From: Pirellulales bacterium
GTDB lineage: Bacteria; Planctomycetota; Planctomycetia; Pirellulales; PALSA-1355
Direction: 5' to 3'
Assembly (NCBI GenBank): GCA_963733035.1
Contig: CAVTBU010000005.1
Location: 2,272,001 to 2,336,000, forward strand
Length of the DNA stretch: 64,000 bases
The notes below the pieces were generated by a model. It did no database searches. It saw only the letters and a list, made by a program, of their open reading frames with translations, and was not told the origin of the DNA. Shown piece after piece: positions 53,544 to 64,000 of this stretch (position 1 is its first letter; every line of letters starts with the position of its first letter). The position numbers and the translations under genes were made by a program.

Positions 53544-55639
53544 ATGCCGACGATCGTCGAACTGCTCAACCATGCCATTGTGTTGCACCGTCAGGGTGAA
53601 TTGAATCAGGCCGAGGCCCTGTATCGGCAGATTCTGGAAGCCAACGCGCGGCAGCCCGATGCCTGGCATCTGCTGGGGCTGGTGGCGCATGCCCGGGGCG
53701 ATCAGCAGGCGGCCGTGGAGTACATCGGCCGGGCGATCAAACTCGACGGCGGTCAGCCGAGCTTTCACCATCACCTGGCCGAAGTTTATCGCACGCTGGG
53801 CCAGTGGGAGACCGCCGAGCAAAGCTGCCAGCAAGCCTTACGGATGCAGCCAAATTTGGCGCCGGCGCACAATACGTTGGGGGTGATTTACCAACAGCAA
53901 GGGCGCCTGGAAGAGGCCGCCGACTGTTACCGCCGGGCGACGCAACTTGATCCTCGCTTTGCGCCGGCTTTCGGCAACCTGGGCGCGACGCTGCACGCGC
54001 TGGGGCGATTGGAAGAGGCCGCCGCGGCATGCCGGCAAGCGCTGGAACTTGACGGGCGGCTCGTTTCCGCCGCGCTCGACCTGGGGAGGATATTGCGCGA
54101 TGCGGGCAATTTGCCCGCCGCGGTGGTTGCGACGAAACAGGCCCTGGAGATCGATCCGGGCAATGCCGAGGCCGAATGCAACCTGGGCACGTTGTGGCAA
54201 TTGCGAAAACGCCCGACCGAAGCCGTCGAATGCTTTCGCCGCGCGATCGCCCGCCGGCCGCGCTATGCCGCCGCTCAATGCAACCTGGGAAGCGCGCTGC
54301 GCGAGCTGGGCCAAACCGATGCCGCGGCGGCCGCCTATCAACGGGCGATTGGAATCGACCCCGACCTGGCGGAAGCCCATTTCAACCTGGGCATGCTCTG
54401 GCAAAGTCTGGGGCGCGACGCCCTGGCCCGTTCGGCATATCAACGGGCAATCGCCGCCCGCGACGACTACGCACAGGCATACAACAATTTGGGAACGCTC
54501 TACAAGGCGGTTGGCGATTTCGAGCGAGCCGCGAATTGCTATGCGAAGGCCCTGGAACATCGGCCCAACTCGGCCGAAGCGCTCAACAATCTCGGCAACC
54601 TGTTAAAAGTGCAAGGTCGTTTGAGCGAAGCGGCCGTCTGCTATGACCAGACCCTGAAGATCGCCCCCGACTACGCGCAGGCTCACTACAATCGCGGGCT
54701 GATGCAACTGGCCGAAGGTCATTTTGCGGCGGGCTGGCCCGAGTACGAATGGCGCTGCCGCTGCCCGGAGTTCGAACAGCGCGGTTTCCAGCAGCCGCGC
54801 TGGTACGGCGAGCCGCTGCCCGAGGGCACGGTACTGGTGCACGCCGAACAGGGGTTGGGCGATACGTTGCATTTCGTCCGCTACCTGCCGCTGGTTGCCG
54901 AGCGAGTCGGTCGCGTGATGTTTGAAGTGCAGCCGGCACTCGTGCCGCTACTGGAACAGTCGGGGTATGGAGACGTTGCCAGCCTTGTGCCCCGGGGAAC
55001 AGAGCTGGGGGAGTTCGATGCTTATGTGCCCCTGCTGAGCTTGCCGGGAGTTTTCGCAACCAGGCTCGACAAGATTCCCTCGCCCGGCGATTATCTGCGG
55101 GCCAGTTCGGGTCGCGTGCGGCATTGGCGCGAGGCGCTCGGCGCGCACGACAAGCTGCGCGTGGGAATCGCCTGGCAGGGGACGCCGACTTATCCGGGAG
55201 ATCGCGAGCGCTCGATTCCGCTGGCCCAGTTCGCGCCGTTGGCGCTGCCGGGCGTCGAATTCGTCAGCTTGCAAAAAGGCTTCGGCGTCGAGCAGATCGC
55301 CAAGGTGGCCGATCGATTTTTCGTGCGCGAGCTCGGACCGGAATTTGACAGCGGCGGCGGCGCATTTCTCGATACGGCCGCGGTGATCGAGACTCTCGAC
55401 CTGGTGATTACCTCCGACACGGCCATCGTGCATCTGGCCGGCGCGCTGGCGCCGAAACCTGGCTGGCTCTGACGCTTGTGCCCGACTGGCGGTGGATGCT
55501 TGCCCGTTCGGACAGCCCGTGGTATGCCAGCGTGCGTTTGTTTCGTCAGACGCGGCAGGGAGATTGGGCCGAGGTATTTGACCGCCTGGCAAAAGCGCTG
55601 AGCGAGCGCGCCGAGCAGCGCAAGCGCAACCGTCGCTAG
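53544..55639 (+). CDS. TPR-repeat protein with GT9-like domain (frameshift near 55450)
   Basis: Paralogue of the upstream gene; DWRW...SPWYASVRLFRQ continues in another frame to TAG at 55639. Confidence 0.88.
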
Positions 55640-55750
55640 ACGCCCCTGCACGCGGACGAAGATCCATCCAAGAGAACAGCGCGGCGCGACGGCGTTTTTC
55701 TTGTATGATTCATCCTTCCTCCTGCTGACTTCCTCCTTTCGAGGTTCCAC

Positions 55751-56803
55751 ATGGCGACGGGCGATCGAGTATTTCGGGTGGCGTATACCGGTGACTTTCG
55801 GCGGGCCGACGGAAGCCCTTTATATAAGGACATCGGCGAAGGCGTGCTGGCGGCGGACCCTGGGATTCGTTTCCGACACTTCGTCGAACACAAGGGCGAG
55901 ATTGCGCCGGAGCAGATCGACGACTCGCAAGCGATCGTCGTGCTTTCGCCGCGGACGACGCCCAGCAGCCTTTCGCGGGCCGACGAACTATTGGCCATTT
56001 GCCGCTTTGGCGTGGGGTACGACTCGGTCGATGTGCCGGCCTGCACGGCTGCCGACGTGGCGCTCATCACGGCGGTCGGGTCGGTCGATCGCTCGGTGGC
56101 CGAGGCGACGGTCGGTTGGATGCTGGCGCTCACGCATCAGATGCGCACCAAGGACCGCCTCGTGCGCGAAGCCCGCTGGGGCGAGCGGAGCGATTTCATG
56201 GGGCGCGAACTGCGTGATCGCACGCTGGGCGTGGTGGGTATGGGGGGCATCGGCCGCGCGCTGGTGGGCTTGCTGGCCGGCTTTGGCATGCGGCCGCCGC
56301 TGGCGTTTGATCCGTATCTGTCGCCCGAGCGAGCCGCCGAAATCGGCGTCACGCTGGTGCCGCTCGACGAACTGCTTTCCACCTGCGATTTCGTGTCGGT
56401 GCACTGCCCGCTCAACGACTCGACGCGCGACCTGATCGGGCGGCGCGAACTGGCACGGATGCGGCCCGACGCCTACCTGATCAACACGGCGCGCGGCGGC
56501 ATCATCAACGAGGACGCGCTCGACGAGGTGCTGGCCGAGGGGCGGATTGCCGGCGCGGCGATTGACTGCTTCGTGGGCGAGCCACTTACGGCGCCACCTC
56601 GCTTCGGGCAGTACGAAAACGTGCTGCTGGCGCCGCATTCGATTGCCTGGACCGACGAGATGTTTCGTGACATGGGGCATACGATCTGCCGCGCGATCGT
56701 CGAGTTGGCCCACGGCCGACGCCCGCCGGGAGTCGTTAACGCGGAGGTGCTCGACCGGCCCGGCTTTCAGGCAAAGTGGGAGCGGCATCGGCTGGAAGGA
56801 TGA
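55751..56803 (+). CDS. D-isomer-specific 2-hydroxyacid dehydrogenase
   Basis: GVGYD, GMGGIG, HCPL, INTARG, APHS. Confidence 0.9.
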   Translation: MATGDRVFRVAYTGDFRRADGSPLYKDIGEGVLAADPGIRFRHFVEHKGEIAPEQIDDSQAIVVLSPRTTPSSLSRADELLAICRFGVGYDSVDVPACTAADVALITAVGSVDRSVAEATVGWMLALTHQMRTKDRLVREARWGERSDFMGRELRDRTLGVVGMGGIGRALVGLLAGFGMRPPLAFDPYLSPERAAEIGVTLVPLDELLSTCDFVSVHCPLNDSTRDLIGRRELARMRPDAYLINTARGGIINEDALDEVLAEGRIAGAAIDCFVGEPLTAPPRFGQYENVLLAPHSIAWTDEMFRDMGHTICRAIVELAHGRRPPGVVNAEVLDRPGFQAKWERHRLEG

Positions 56804-57041
56804 AGCCAGGCGGACCGCCGCAGTCGGAAGCTGTCGTGTGCGCGGCAAAGCGGTTTTACGTGCCGCACGATTGGAGCCGGCCTGCGTCTATTTCTCATCC
56901 ATCATCCTACGGCCTTCATCCTTTCCCGCTCCCCAGCCTATCTCTGAATATTTCGCTTGCGATCCGGTTTCTTAGAGTCGACAATCCACGGCCGTGGCAG
57001 GTCTCTTCTGGGTGCGGTACGCAGGTCAAAGGGCGGTTTCC

Positions 57042-58418
57042 ATGAGCAAAGGCAAGGTGTGGTTTGCGCTGGCGGTATTGTTTGGCATCAACATGCTCAA
57101 CTTCTACGACCGCCTGATCCTGGGCGCCGTGGGGGAAGCGGTTCGCAAGGATTGGGAATTGTCGGATACCGAACTGGGCATCCTGGGCACGATGTTCATC
57201 TTGCTCTATGCGGCTGTGGGCGTGCCGCTGGGACGCTGGGCCGACCGCGGCAACCGCTCGCTGATTCTCACCGGCGGAGTCACCATCTGGAGCTTGCTCA
57301 CCGCGGCGTCGGGCATGGCCGCCAATATTTGGCAAATGGGTGCTTTGCGATTGGCCGTGGGCGTCGGCGAAGCCACCTGCGCGCCGGCTTCCAATTCACT
57401 TATCGGCGATTTGTTTCCCGCGCGCACGCGCGCCCGCGCCCTCTCTGTGTTCATGCTGGGTCTGCCGATCGGCAATGCGCTGTGCTTCCTGGTCAGCGGT
57501 TATTTGGCATACAACTACAGTTGGCGATATGCGTTCTACGTGGCGCTGGTTCCCGGGTTGCTTTGTGCTTTGGGCGCGTTCTTGATCCACGAGCCCGAGC
57601 GCGGCGGCACGGAAACCATGAAGATCGGTTCGCGGCGGCGCGAAGGAAACCCGTTCTGGCTCGTGCTGTCGACGCCGACAATGTTATGGATCATCGTTTC
57701 GGGCGCGCTGCACAACTTCAACATGTATGCCATTGGCGGCTTTCTCACTCCGTTCACGATGCGGGTGCACGGCAAGGACGTGCAGTTCGCCGGCTACGTG
57801 TCGATGTCGGTGTACGGGCTGGCGGGCATCCCGGGCATGATTCTGGGCGGGCTGCTGGGTGACTTCGTGATTCGTCGCTGGAGCAACGGTCGGATGCTGG
57901 TGGCCGCGGTGGCGATCGCCATTTCGGTGCCGGTGTTTTATTTCGCGATCGGTCAATCGGAGTGGTTCGCGTTCGGCATGATGTTCGGCTTCGGCTGCAT
58001 GATGCTCTATATGTACTACGGTACCGTGTACTCGACGATTCAAGACGTGATCGAGCCGTCGCTACGGGCCACGGCCATGGCACTGTATTTCTGCGCGATG
58101 TACGCTTTCGGCGGGGCGCTGGGACCGATCGCCACGGGCTTTCTGAGCGAGCACTTCACGAATCGGGCCGCGACGATCGCCGGCGTCGAGCTCGACGGGC
58201 TGGAAGAAAGCGTCCGCTATGCCGCGATCGAACCGTATCGGGCCGAAGGGATCAGCACGGCGATGTACGTCTTGCCGGCCGTCGGCAGTGCGCTGGCATT
58301 GAGTCTGTTTGCCGGTGCGATGACGGTGCGCCGCGATGTCGACCGGCTGCACGCTTGGATGCGCGAGGCCAGCGAAGCCGAAGCGGCGATGCCGCAGCCT
58401 GAGAAAGTGACGACGTGA
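57042..58418 (+). CDS. MFS transporter (spinster-like)
   Basis: NMLNFYDR, GRWADRGNR motif A, GVGEA; about 12 TM helices. Confidence 0.88.
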   Translation: MSKGKVWFALAVLFGINMLNFYDRLILGAVGEAVRKDWELSDTELGILGTMFILLYAAVGVPLGRWADRGNRSLILTGGVTIWSLLTAASGMAANIWQMGALRLAVGVGEATCAPASNSLIGDLFPARTRARALSVFMLGLPIGNALCFLVSGYLAYNYSWRYAFYVALVPGLLCALGAFLIHEPERGGTETMKIGSRRREGNPFWLVLSTPTMLWIIVSGALHNFNMYAIGGFLTPFTMRVHGKDVQFAGYVSMSVYGLAGIPGMILGGLLGDFVIRRWSNGRMLVAAVAIAISVPVFYFAIGQSEWFAFGMMFGFGCMMLYMYYGTVYSTIQDVIEPSLRATAMALYFCAMYAFGGALGPIATGFLSEHFTNRAATIAGVELDGLEESVRYAAIEPYRAEGISTAMYVLPAVGSALALSLFAGAMTVRRDVDRLHAWMREASEAEAAMPQPEKVTT

Positions 58419-58448
58419 AGCCGGTACGGCCCGTCGGACTAGGTCACC

Positions 58449-61115
58449 TTATTGATTTGGATCCGCCTGTCGAATCCCTGCTTCAACGAGTGACTTGATT
58501 TCATGCAGCGGCGGGTCGATGGCCACGATCTTTCCTTCACCGTCCAACAGGAACGACCGCGGGACGGAACTGACGCCGAGCCGGCGTGCCAGCGGATGGT
58601 GCATGCCGGCCGTTTCCGGCGTGGCGCCGTGGAGCACTGACCAAGGGATGGACTGGTTCCTGACGAACGACTTCAAGTCGGTGTCGGCTTCGTCGAGGCT
58701 GACGCCGACGACTTCAAAACCGTGCTCGTGCAGGTCGTGATAGAGGCTCTTGAGTTCCGGCAGCTCGGCGACGCAGGGCTGGCACCAGGTGGCCCAGAAC
58801 GACACCAGCGTGACTTTGCCATGATACGCCGCCGGGTCGAGCGGCTGGCCGTCGACCTTCGTGCCGGCCAGTTCGAGTGTTTGGCCGACTTCGGGAGGCG
58901 GCGCGAGTTCGCCGGGCGGCACGGTCATATCCCACAGCGGCACGGCGCCCTCGCCGCCGGTGGCTAGCGTCTTGCCGTCGGGACTGTAGGCGATCGACAT
59001 CTGAAACGACTGCGGCGCGATCATCGTTTCGAGCACCTTGCCGCTGGCAACGTCGATGAGTTGGATCCGCGGCTGCTCGAGTTCCGAGGCCTTTAGATTC
59101 CGCCGGACTTGCTTGGGATAAATCGCTTCGGCGGTGGCCAGGTTCCGGCCCGATGGCTCGAATGCGAAGCCGGTAACCCATGTATTCGGCCCGAGTGCGG
59201 TCTCTCGCACTTGCCAGGTGACGAGATCGACCAGGAGTAAACGCGAGTCGCGCGTCTCCCCGTCGAAACCGGCGAGGGCAAGCACGCCGCCATCGGGCGA
59301 CACCCCCGGGAACAAAAAGGCTTCACGCGGCGACTGAGGTTCAATCGCCAGCAGCTCCTTGCCACTGGACACCTCCCAGATCTTCAATTCCTGCCGGCTA
59401 TGTTTAAAATCGTCGCGCTTGGGCATGGTGATGACCACTCCGATGGCGACCTGCCCTTCTTTGGCAAAGTTGGTCACAAACGCCCGCTGTAAATCAACCA
59501 GCGGAACTCGCGTGGTGGGTTGCCAATCGGGTAGCGTGTAAAACACGATCGCCTCGGTGTAGTTCGTTTCGCCAGGAATCGGCACAGCAACGCCCGCCAG
59601 CGTGCTATCGTCGTTGACGGCATGTACCGAGATCCAACCTTTTGCCACTTCGCGAAACGTGCCGGTTTGTACGTCGAGCAGGCTGAGCGCGCGCGGCCGT
59701 GAACCGGTGACCTCGCCGGGGGTTTCTTCCTGCACGAACATATGTTTGCCATCGGGCAGTAGTTCGGTGTGGACGACTCGGCGCGGCGGATCTTGTTGCC
59801 AGGCGTGCAAGTGATGGCCTGTCACGGCGTCCCAGGCATTTACCACGTCCGAGTATGCGACGCGCGAGATACGCTTGCCGTCGCGTTCGATGTGATCGAG
59901 GCGGCCACGCTCGCGACTGTGCGTATAGACCTGCTGCCAATCGGGCGAGATGTGAAAGTAATTGTGGGAGCCGCGCAGTCCCTCGCCCGCGTCGACCGAG
60001 ATTACCCTTTCGCCGGTGGCGAGATTCCAAATGTGCACCAGGCCGCCCGGGTAGTCGCCGGCGATCAGTTTTTGGCCATCGGGCGAAAAATGGATGTCGC
60101 AAATCTCGCCATCGGGGTGCAGGTGCTCGAGCTTGCTGACAAGGCGCCGGCTCACCGGAAGGATTTGAGGACCGGGCAGCGCCGGCAGAAGCTCCAAGTC
60201 GAAAGTCGAGGGAGCGACGTTTCCTTCGGGCCAGCTTGCGAGCGAGAACGTGACCCTGGCCATTCCCGGTGTCACTTCGTCAGGAATCACGACATCGTCG
60301 TACAAGTTATAGGTGCAACACCGTCGGTCGAAGTTGTAGGTTCGCACCAGGGTTTCGCCGCCGGCTTTGGGAAATTGAAACTCCACACGCGGACGCACCT
60401 CGGCCGGAATCACGCCGGCATAAGCGGTTGAGATGGTCGAGCCGGGACCGATGCCTGGCGTCCCCATTTCCAGGGAGATCTCGTTGTTGCGCCCGAGTCT
60501 CAGCTTGCCTTTGCCCGTGGGCAACAGCGTCCACGGTCCGCCGAAGTGTAGAATTGGCGCTTCGGCGGGCGATTGCGCGAAGTCGAGCAGGCCGTACACG
60601 TCGCCGATGGAGAGGTGCTGGACCACGCGGCCGTCAATTCCCTGACCACGATAACCGGGCAGTTCCACGTCGCAGGCGATTGACACCGCGCGAAAGTTTG
60701 GATCCTGTTCTAGCCGCTCCGTAACGTCGGCATATTTTCCTAGCAGGTGATCGACGTTGATCCAATGTACGCGTAGGGCCTTGTGCAGGAGTTGTCCGTC
60801 GGGGATATCGCCAGCAAGGAACGACGGGCTGCCGCCGCGAGAGTCGCTCGCCTCGTCACGCATCGCAATGCGTTCACCTTCGTCGGTGAGATCTCCGTTG
60901 CCGTTGCGGTCGACGTAGAGCACGTCGCCGTCGCGCACCAGCCAGACGCGCGTCTTCGCCTCGGGCCCGAACACCAGCAGGCAATACAGCGGCTGATCGC
61001 TCTTCAACTCCGGAAGCTTGTCGATCTGGCGAGGAATGTTTTCCAAATCGATCGCGCTGGTGCGCGCGGCAATCAGCACCGTGCCCGTTAGCAGCAACAA
61101 CGTCGCAAGTCGCAT
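58449..61115 (-). CDS. Secreted WD40 beta-propeller + TlpA-like thioredoxin fusion
   Basis: Signal peptide, DRNGNGDLTD, FSPDG/YSPDG repeats, FWATWCQPC. Confidence 0.8.
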   Translation of the reverse strand: MRLATLLLLTGTVLIAARTSAIDLENIPRQIDKLPELKSDQPLYCLLVFGPEAKTRVWLVRDGDVLYVDRNGNGDLTDEGERIAMRDEASDSRGGSPSFLAGDIPDGQLLHKALRVHWINVDHLLGKYADVTERLEQDPNFRAVSIACDVELPGYRGQGIDGRVVQHLSIGDVYGLLDFAQSPAEAPILHFGGPWTLLPTGKGKLRLGRNNEISLEMGTPGIGPGSTISTAYAGVIPAEVRPRVEFQFPKAGGETLVRTYNFDRRCCTYNLYDDVVIPDEVTPGMARVTFSLASWPEGNVAPSTFDLELLPALPGPQILPVSRRLVSKLEHLHPDGEICDIHFSPDGQKLIAGDYPGGLVHIWNLATGERVISVDAGEGLRGSHNYFHISPDWQQVYTHSRERGRLDHIERDGKRISRVAYSDVVNAWDAVTGHHLHAWQQDPPRRVVHTELLPDGKHMFVQEETPGEVTGSRPRALSLLDVQTGTFREVAKGWISVHAVNDDSTLAGVAVPIPGETNYTEAIVFYTLPDWQPTTRVPLVDLQRAFVTNFAKEGQVAIGVVITMPKRDDFKHSRQELKIWEVSSGKELLAIEPQSPREAFLFPGVSPDGGVLALAGFDGETRDSRLLLVDLVTWQVRETALGPNTWVTGFAFEPSGRNLATAEAIYPKQVRRNLKASELEQPRIQLIDVASGKVLETMIAPQSFQMSIAYSPDGKTLATGGEGAVPLWDMTVPPGELAPPPEVGQTLELAGTKVDGQPLDPAAYHGKVTLVSFWATWCQPCVAELPELKSLYHDLHEHGFEVVGVSLDEADTDLKSFVRNQSIPWSVLHGATPETAGMHHPLARRLGVSSVPRSFLLDGEGKIVAIDPPLHEIKSLVEAGIRQADPNQ

Positions 61116-61491
61116 GACAGCCTCCTTCATCGGAGTGTGCACTTGGGGGCGGTTCCGCGCGCTCGAGCATCATCGTAACACGGGCGAAGCGTTGAGCCCA
61201 ACAATCGGGGGGCATCGCGGGATTGGAAAAGCTTGGCGCATGGGTCTTCAGTGCGTTATCATATGGGCGCGGATTGATGGATGCGGAGGCGGCCGATGTT
61301 CCACATCGCGCTCCCGCCGGCAAGCCGCGCCCGCGATCGACCTACCTTGAAATCCTACCTATTTGCCGCGTTTGGTTCTGGCGCCGGCCAGAGCGAAGCG
61401 CTGCCGGGAATACGTTTCCGGGACTTTGTGGAATCGTGTTCGGTGCACGCTCGGTTCTGACAAAGTCGAGAGCATCGCCGGGAGAGACGAT

Positions 61492-64000
61492 ATGCCTCGC
61501 GAGACGACCTTCCGCGCTACAGCGACTTTCCGGTGGCAGCACGCAACCGCCGTTGCGCTGGCTGCCGCGTTGTTGCAGATGGTCGCGATGGGCGTGGCCG
61601 ACGAGCCAGCAGCCCCCCCGGCCGCTGAGAAACCGCTCCACCAACGAATCGACGAGTTGATCGAGGCCGCGTCGCCAGGGCCCGCCGCCGCGCCCGCCTC
61701 CGACGCCGAGTTTCTCCGCCGGGTCTATCTGGATCTAAACGGCACGATTCCCGATGCGGACACGGCCCGGGCGTTCTTGGACGACGCCGACCCGAACAAG
61801 CGGGCTGCGCTCGTCGACCGGTTGCTGGCCGCGCCGCGGTTTGCTCGGCACATGATGCATACGTTCGACGTGATGTGGACCGAACGGCGGCGAGAGACGC
61901 GTCTGGGCAAGGGGGTGGCCGACGCGGAGTGGAACGCGTATCTCTACCAGAGCTTTGCCGAAAATAAACCGCTCGATCAACTCATTCGCGAAATTCTTTC
62001 GGCCGACGGCGCCGATCCGGCGCTGCGGCCGGCCGCTAAGTTCTATCTCGACCGCGACGGTGAACCGAATTTGCTGGCCCGAGATGTCGGACGGTTGTTC
62101 TTTGGCCGCGACCTGCAATGTGCCCAGTGTCACGACCATCCGCTGGTCGAGGACTACTTGCAGTCGGAATACTATGGACTGATGGCGTTTGTCAACCGCG
62201 GCACGGTGTTCACCGACGCCAAAGATGAAAACAAGTTGTACTACGCCGAGTTGGCCGACGGCGAAGTGAATTTCAAGTCGGTGTTCACGGGCAACGCGCG
62301 CGACAAAGTCTTGCCGGAACTGCCGCGGGAAGAACCGGTCAGCGAACCACAGCTGAGCAAGGAAGAACAGTACGTGGTGGCGCCGGACAAGGACAAGAAG
62401 GTGCGACCGGTGCCGAAGTACAGCCGCCGCGCGCAACTCGCGTCGCTGGCCACTAGCGGAACCAGCGAAGCATTTAATCGCAATCTGGCCAATCGGCTGT
62501 GGGCGCACATGCTGGGGCGCGGCATCGTGCATCCTTTGGACATGCAGCACAGCGACAATCCGCCGGTCCAGTCGGAGTTGCTTGGTTTGCTGGCCGACGA
62601 GCTAGTACGGGCGAAATACGACCTGAAGTCGATCTTGCGCGAGATCGCGCTTTCGCGAACCTATCAGCGATCGAGCGTGGAGCCGAATCCTGCTGAGATG
62701 CAGATCGACGCCGATGCGGTGGCCTCGACGTTGGCCGCCTGGGCCGCCGAGGCCGAGCGGTTGGCCGCCGAGCTACCTAAGCTAGAAGAAGCCGCGGCAA
62801 ACGCCGACGGCGCCCAGGGAGAAGCCTACGAAAAACTCGCGGCGGCCAAAGAGGCGCAGGGTGCGGCCCAAAAGGCGCACGACGAGGCCAAAAAGGCCAG
62901 CGACGAACTCGCGGCCGCGCTAGCCGCTGCCATTAAAGACGTCGAAACGAAAGAGGACGTGCTCAAGTCGCTCGTCGCCGCGCGCACCGCGGCCGATGCG
63001 GCGGCCGCGAAGTTGCCCGAGGATAAGCCGTTGGCCGACGCCGCGGCGACCATCAAGACTCGTGCCGGCGAGATCGACACGGCCCTGGTTGCCGCCCGGG
63101 CCACGATCAAGGAGAAGCAGCCGCAGGTGCAAGCCGCCTCGCTCAAGTTGGCCGACCTCGACAAGCAATTGCAGGCCGCGACGACCGCGCAGTCGGCGGC
63201 CGGTTTGGCGCTGGCGGACGCAGAGGCCAAGACGCGGCATGCGAACTGGGAATCTCGCTCGGCCAAGGCCAAACACAACGAGCTGACCGCGCGCATTGCC
63301 GATACGCAACGCGCGCTTGACTATCGGGCAATGCGCGAGTCGGCGCTCGCATCGCAGGCCGCGGCCGAAACGGCCGGGAAGCAATTGGCGGCGCTCGAAA
63401 CGCAAGAATCGATCACGGCCGACACGATGGCCATGGCCCGTGCCGCGCTCAATGCGGCGAAGGAAAAAACGACCGCCGACGTCATGGCCGCTGAGCAGGC
63501 CTGGACAGGGTTGCTAACCTCGTCGGAGATTCGATTCACGCTGGCGCCGCTCAAGCCGCTTTCGCCCGAGCAACTGACCTGGGCCACGATGCAGGCCGTC
63601 GGCATGGTCGACGCGCAGCGTGCGGCTCAAGAGGCCGAAGCGAAGAAGCAGGCGGAAGCAGCCGGCGAAATGCCGCCCGAAGCACGCGAACACCTTACCG
63701 CCCGCAAGCTCGAGGAGTTGGTCGACACGAAATTGGCCGGCAACATCAAGCAGTTCGTCGAACTTTTTGGACAGCAGCCTGGCCAGGCGCCGTCGTTTCA
63801 GGCCACGGTGCACCAGGCGCTGTTCCTGGCCAACGGCGGATTGCTGGCCGGCTGGATCAATCCAAGCGGAGGCAATCTGACCGAGCGACTGTCGAAGCTG
63901 GAGGATCCGCAGACCGTGGCCGAGCAGTTGTATTTGAGCGTCTTCACGCGGCGGCCAGAGCCGGACGAAGCGGCTCGGGTGGCCGAGTACTGGAAGGCAG
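61492..64000 (+). CDS. DUF1549/DUF1553 protein with long coiled-coil insert (runs off window)
   Basis: DAEFLRRVYLDL, CAQCHDHP, NRLWAHMLGRG, QALFLAN; frame 1 open to the window end. Confidence 0.85.
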   Translation, partial: MPRETTFRATATFRWQHATAVALAAALLQMVAMGVADEPAAPPAAEKPLHQRIDELIEAASPGPAAAPASDAEFLRRVYLDLNGTIPDADTARAFLDDADPNKRAALVDRLLAAPRFARHMMHTFDVMWTERRRETRLGKGVADAEWNAYLYQSFAENKPLDQLIREILSADGADPALRPAAKFYLDRDGEPNLLARDVGRLFFGRDLQCAQCHDHPLVEDYLQSEYYGLMAFVNRGTVFTDAKDENKLYYAELADGEVNFKSVFTGNARDKVLPELPREEPVSEPQLSKEEQYVVAPDKDKKVRPVPKYSRRAQLASLATSGTSEAFNRNLANRLWAHMLGRGIVHPLDMQHSDNPPVQSELLGLLADELVRAKYDLKSILREIALSRTYQRSSVEPNPAEMQIDADAVASTLAAWAAEAERLAAELPKLEEAAANADGAQGEAYEKLAAAKEAQGAAQKAHDEAKKASDELAAALAAAIKDVETKEDVLKSLVAARTAADAAAAKLPEDKPLADAAATIKTRAGEIDTALVAARATIKEKQPQVQAASLKLADLDKQLQAATTAQSAAGLALADAEAKTRHANWESRSAKAKHNELTARIADTQRALDYRAMRESALASQAAAETAGKQLAALETQESITADTMAMARAALNAAKEKTTADVMAAEQAWTGLLTSSEIRFTLAPLKPLSPEQLTWATMQAVGMVDAQRAAQEAEAKKQAEAAGEMPPEAREHLTARKLEELVDTKLAGNIKQFVELFGQQPGQAPSFQATVHQALFLANGGLLAGWINPSGGNLTERLSKLEDPQTVAEQLYLSVFTRRPEPDEAARVAEYWKA

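Noticed and set aside
62700..63500. Ala-rich repetitive segment as a DNA repeat
   Set aside because: It encodes a coiled-coil insert within the DUF1549/DUF1553 protein.

Overview
High-GC bacterial chromosome segment, most likely Planctomycetota (DUF1501, DUF1549/DUF1553 and planctomycete cytochrome c proteins, PEP-CTERM proteins). Core-type content: the end of a pst-phoU operon, a fatty-acid beta-oxidation cluster containing a haloalkane dehalogenase, a sigma-54 regulatory module, a C25 peptidase, nadA-dapL, a PAS histidine kinase/FixJ-type pair, TPR-glycosyltransferases, an MFS transporter and DUF1501/DUF1549 genes. About a dozen genes carry single frameshifts, mostly at GCGC/CGCG sites; these look like long-read errors, not pseudogenes. 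The most unusual part is 36.9-47.6 kb. There an intact REP-associated tyrosine transposase (RAYT) with its GTAG REPs is followed by unrelated one- or two-gene units. These units are separated by a second short repeat (TAAAGGGGACGC, often followed by GACGCRAACCTTT) with stutter duplications and by decayed pieces of one IS, which suggests a repeat-bounded gene-cassette array. Other candidates: a ~140-nt structured RNA carrying a 9-codon ORF (32.6-32.8 kb), an attenuator-like leader before a PEP-CTERM protease, a sensor-less sigma-54 activator with enhancer, promoter and pseudo-receiver, and two PstB ATPases with complementary motif defects. All family calls come from motif recognition by eye; no database searches were run.
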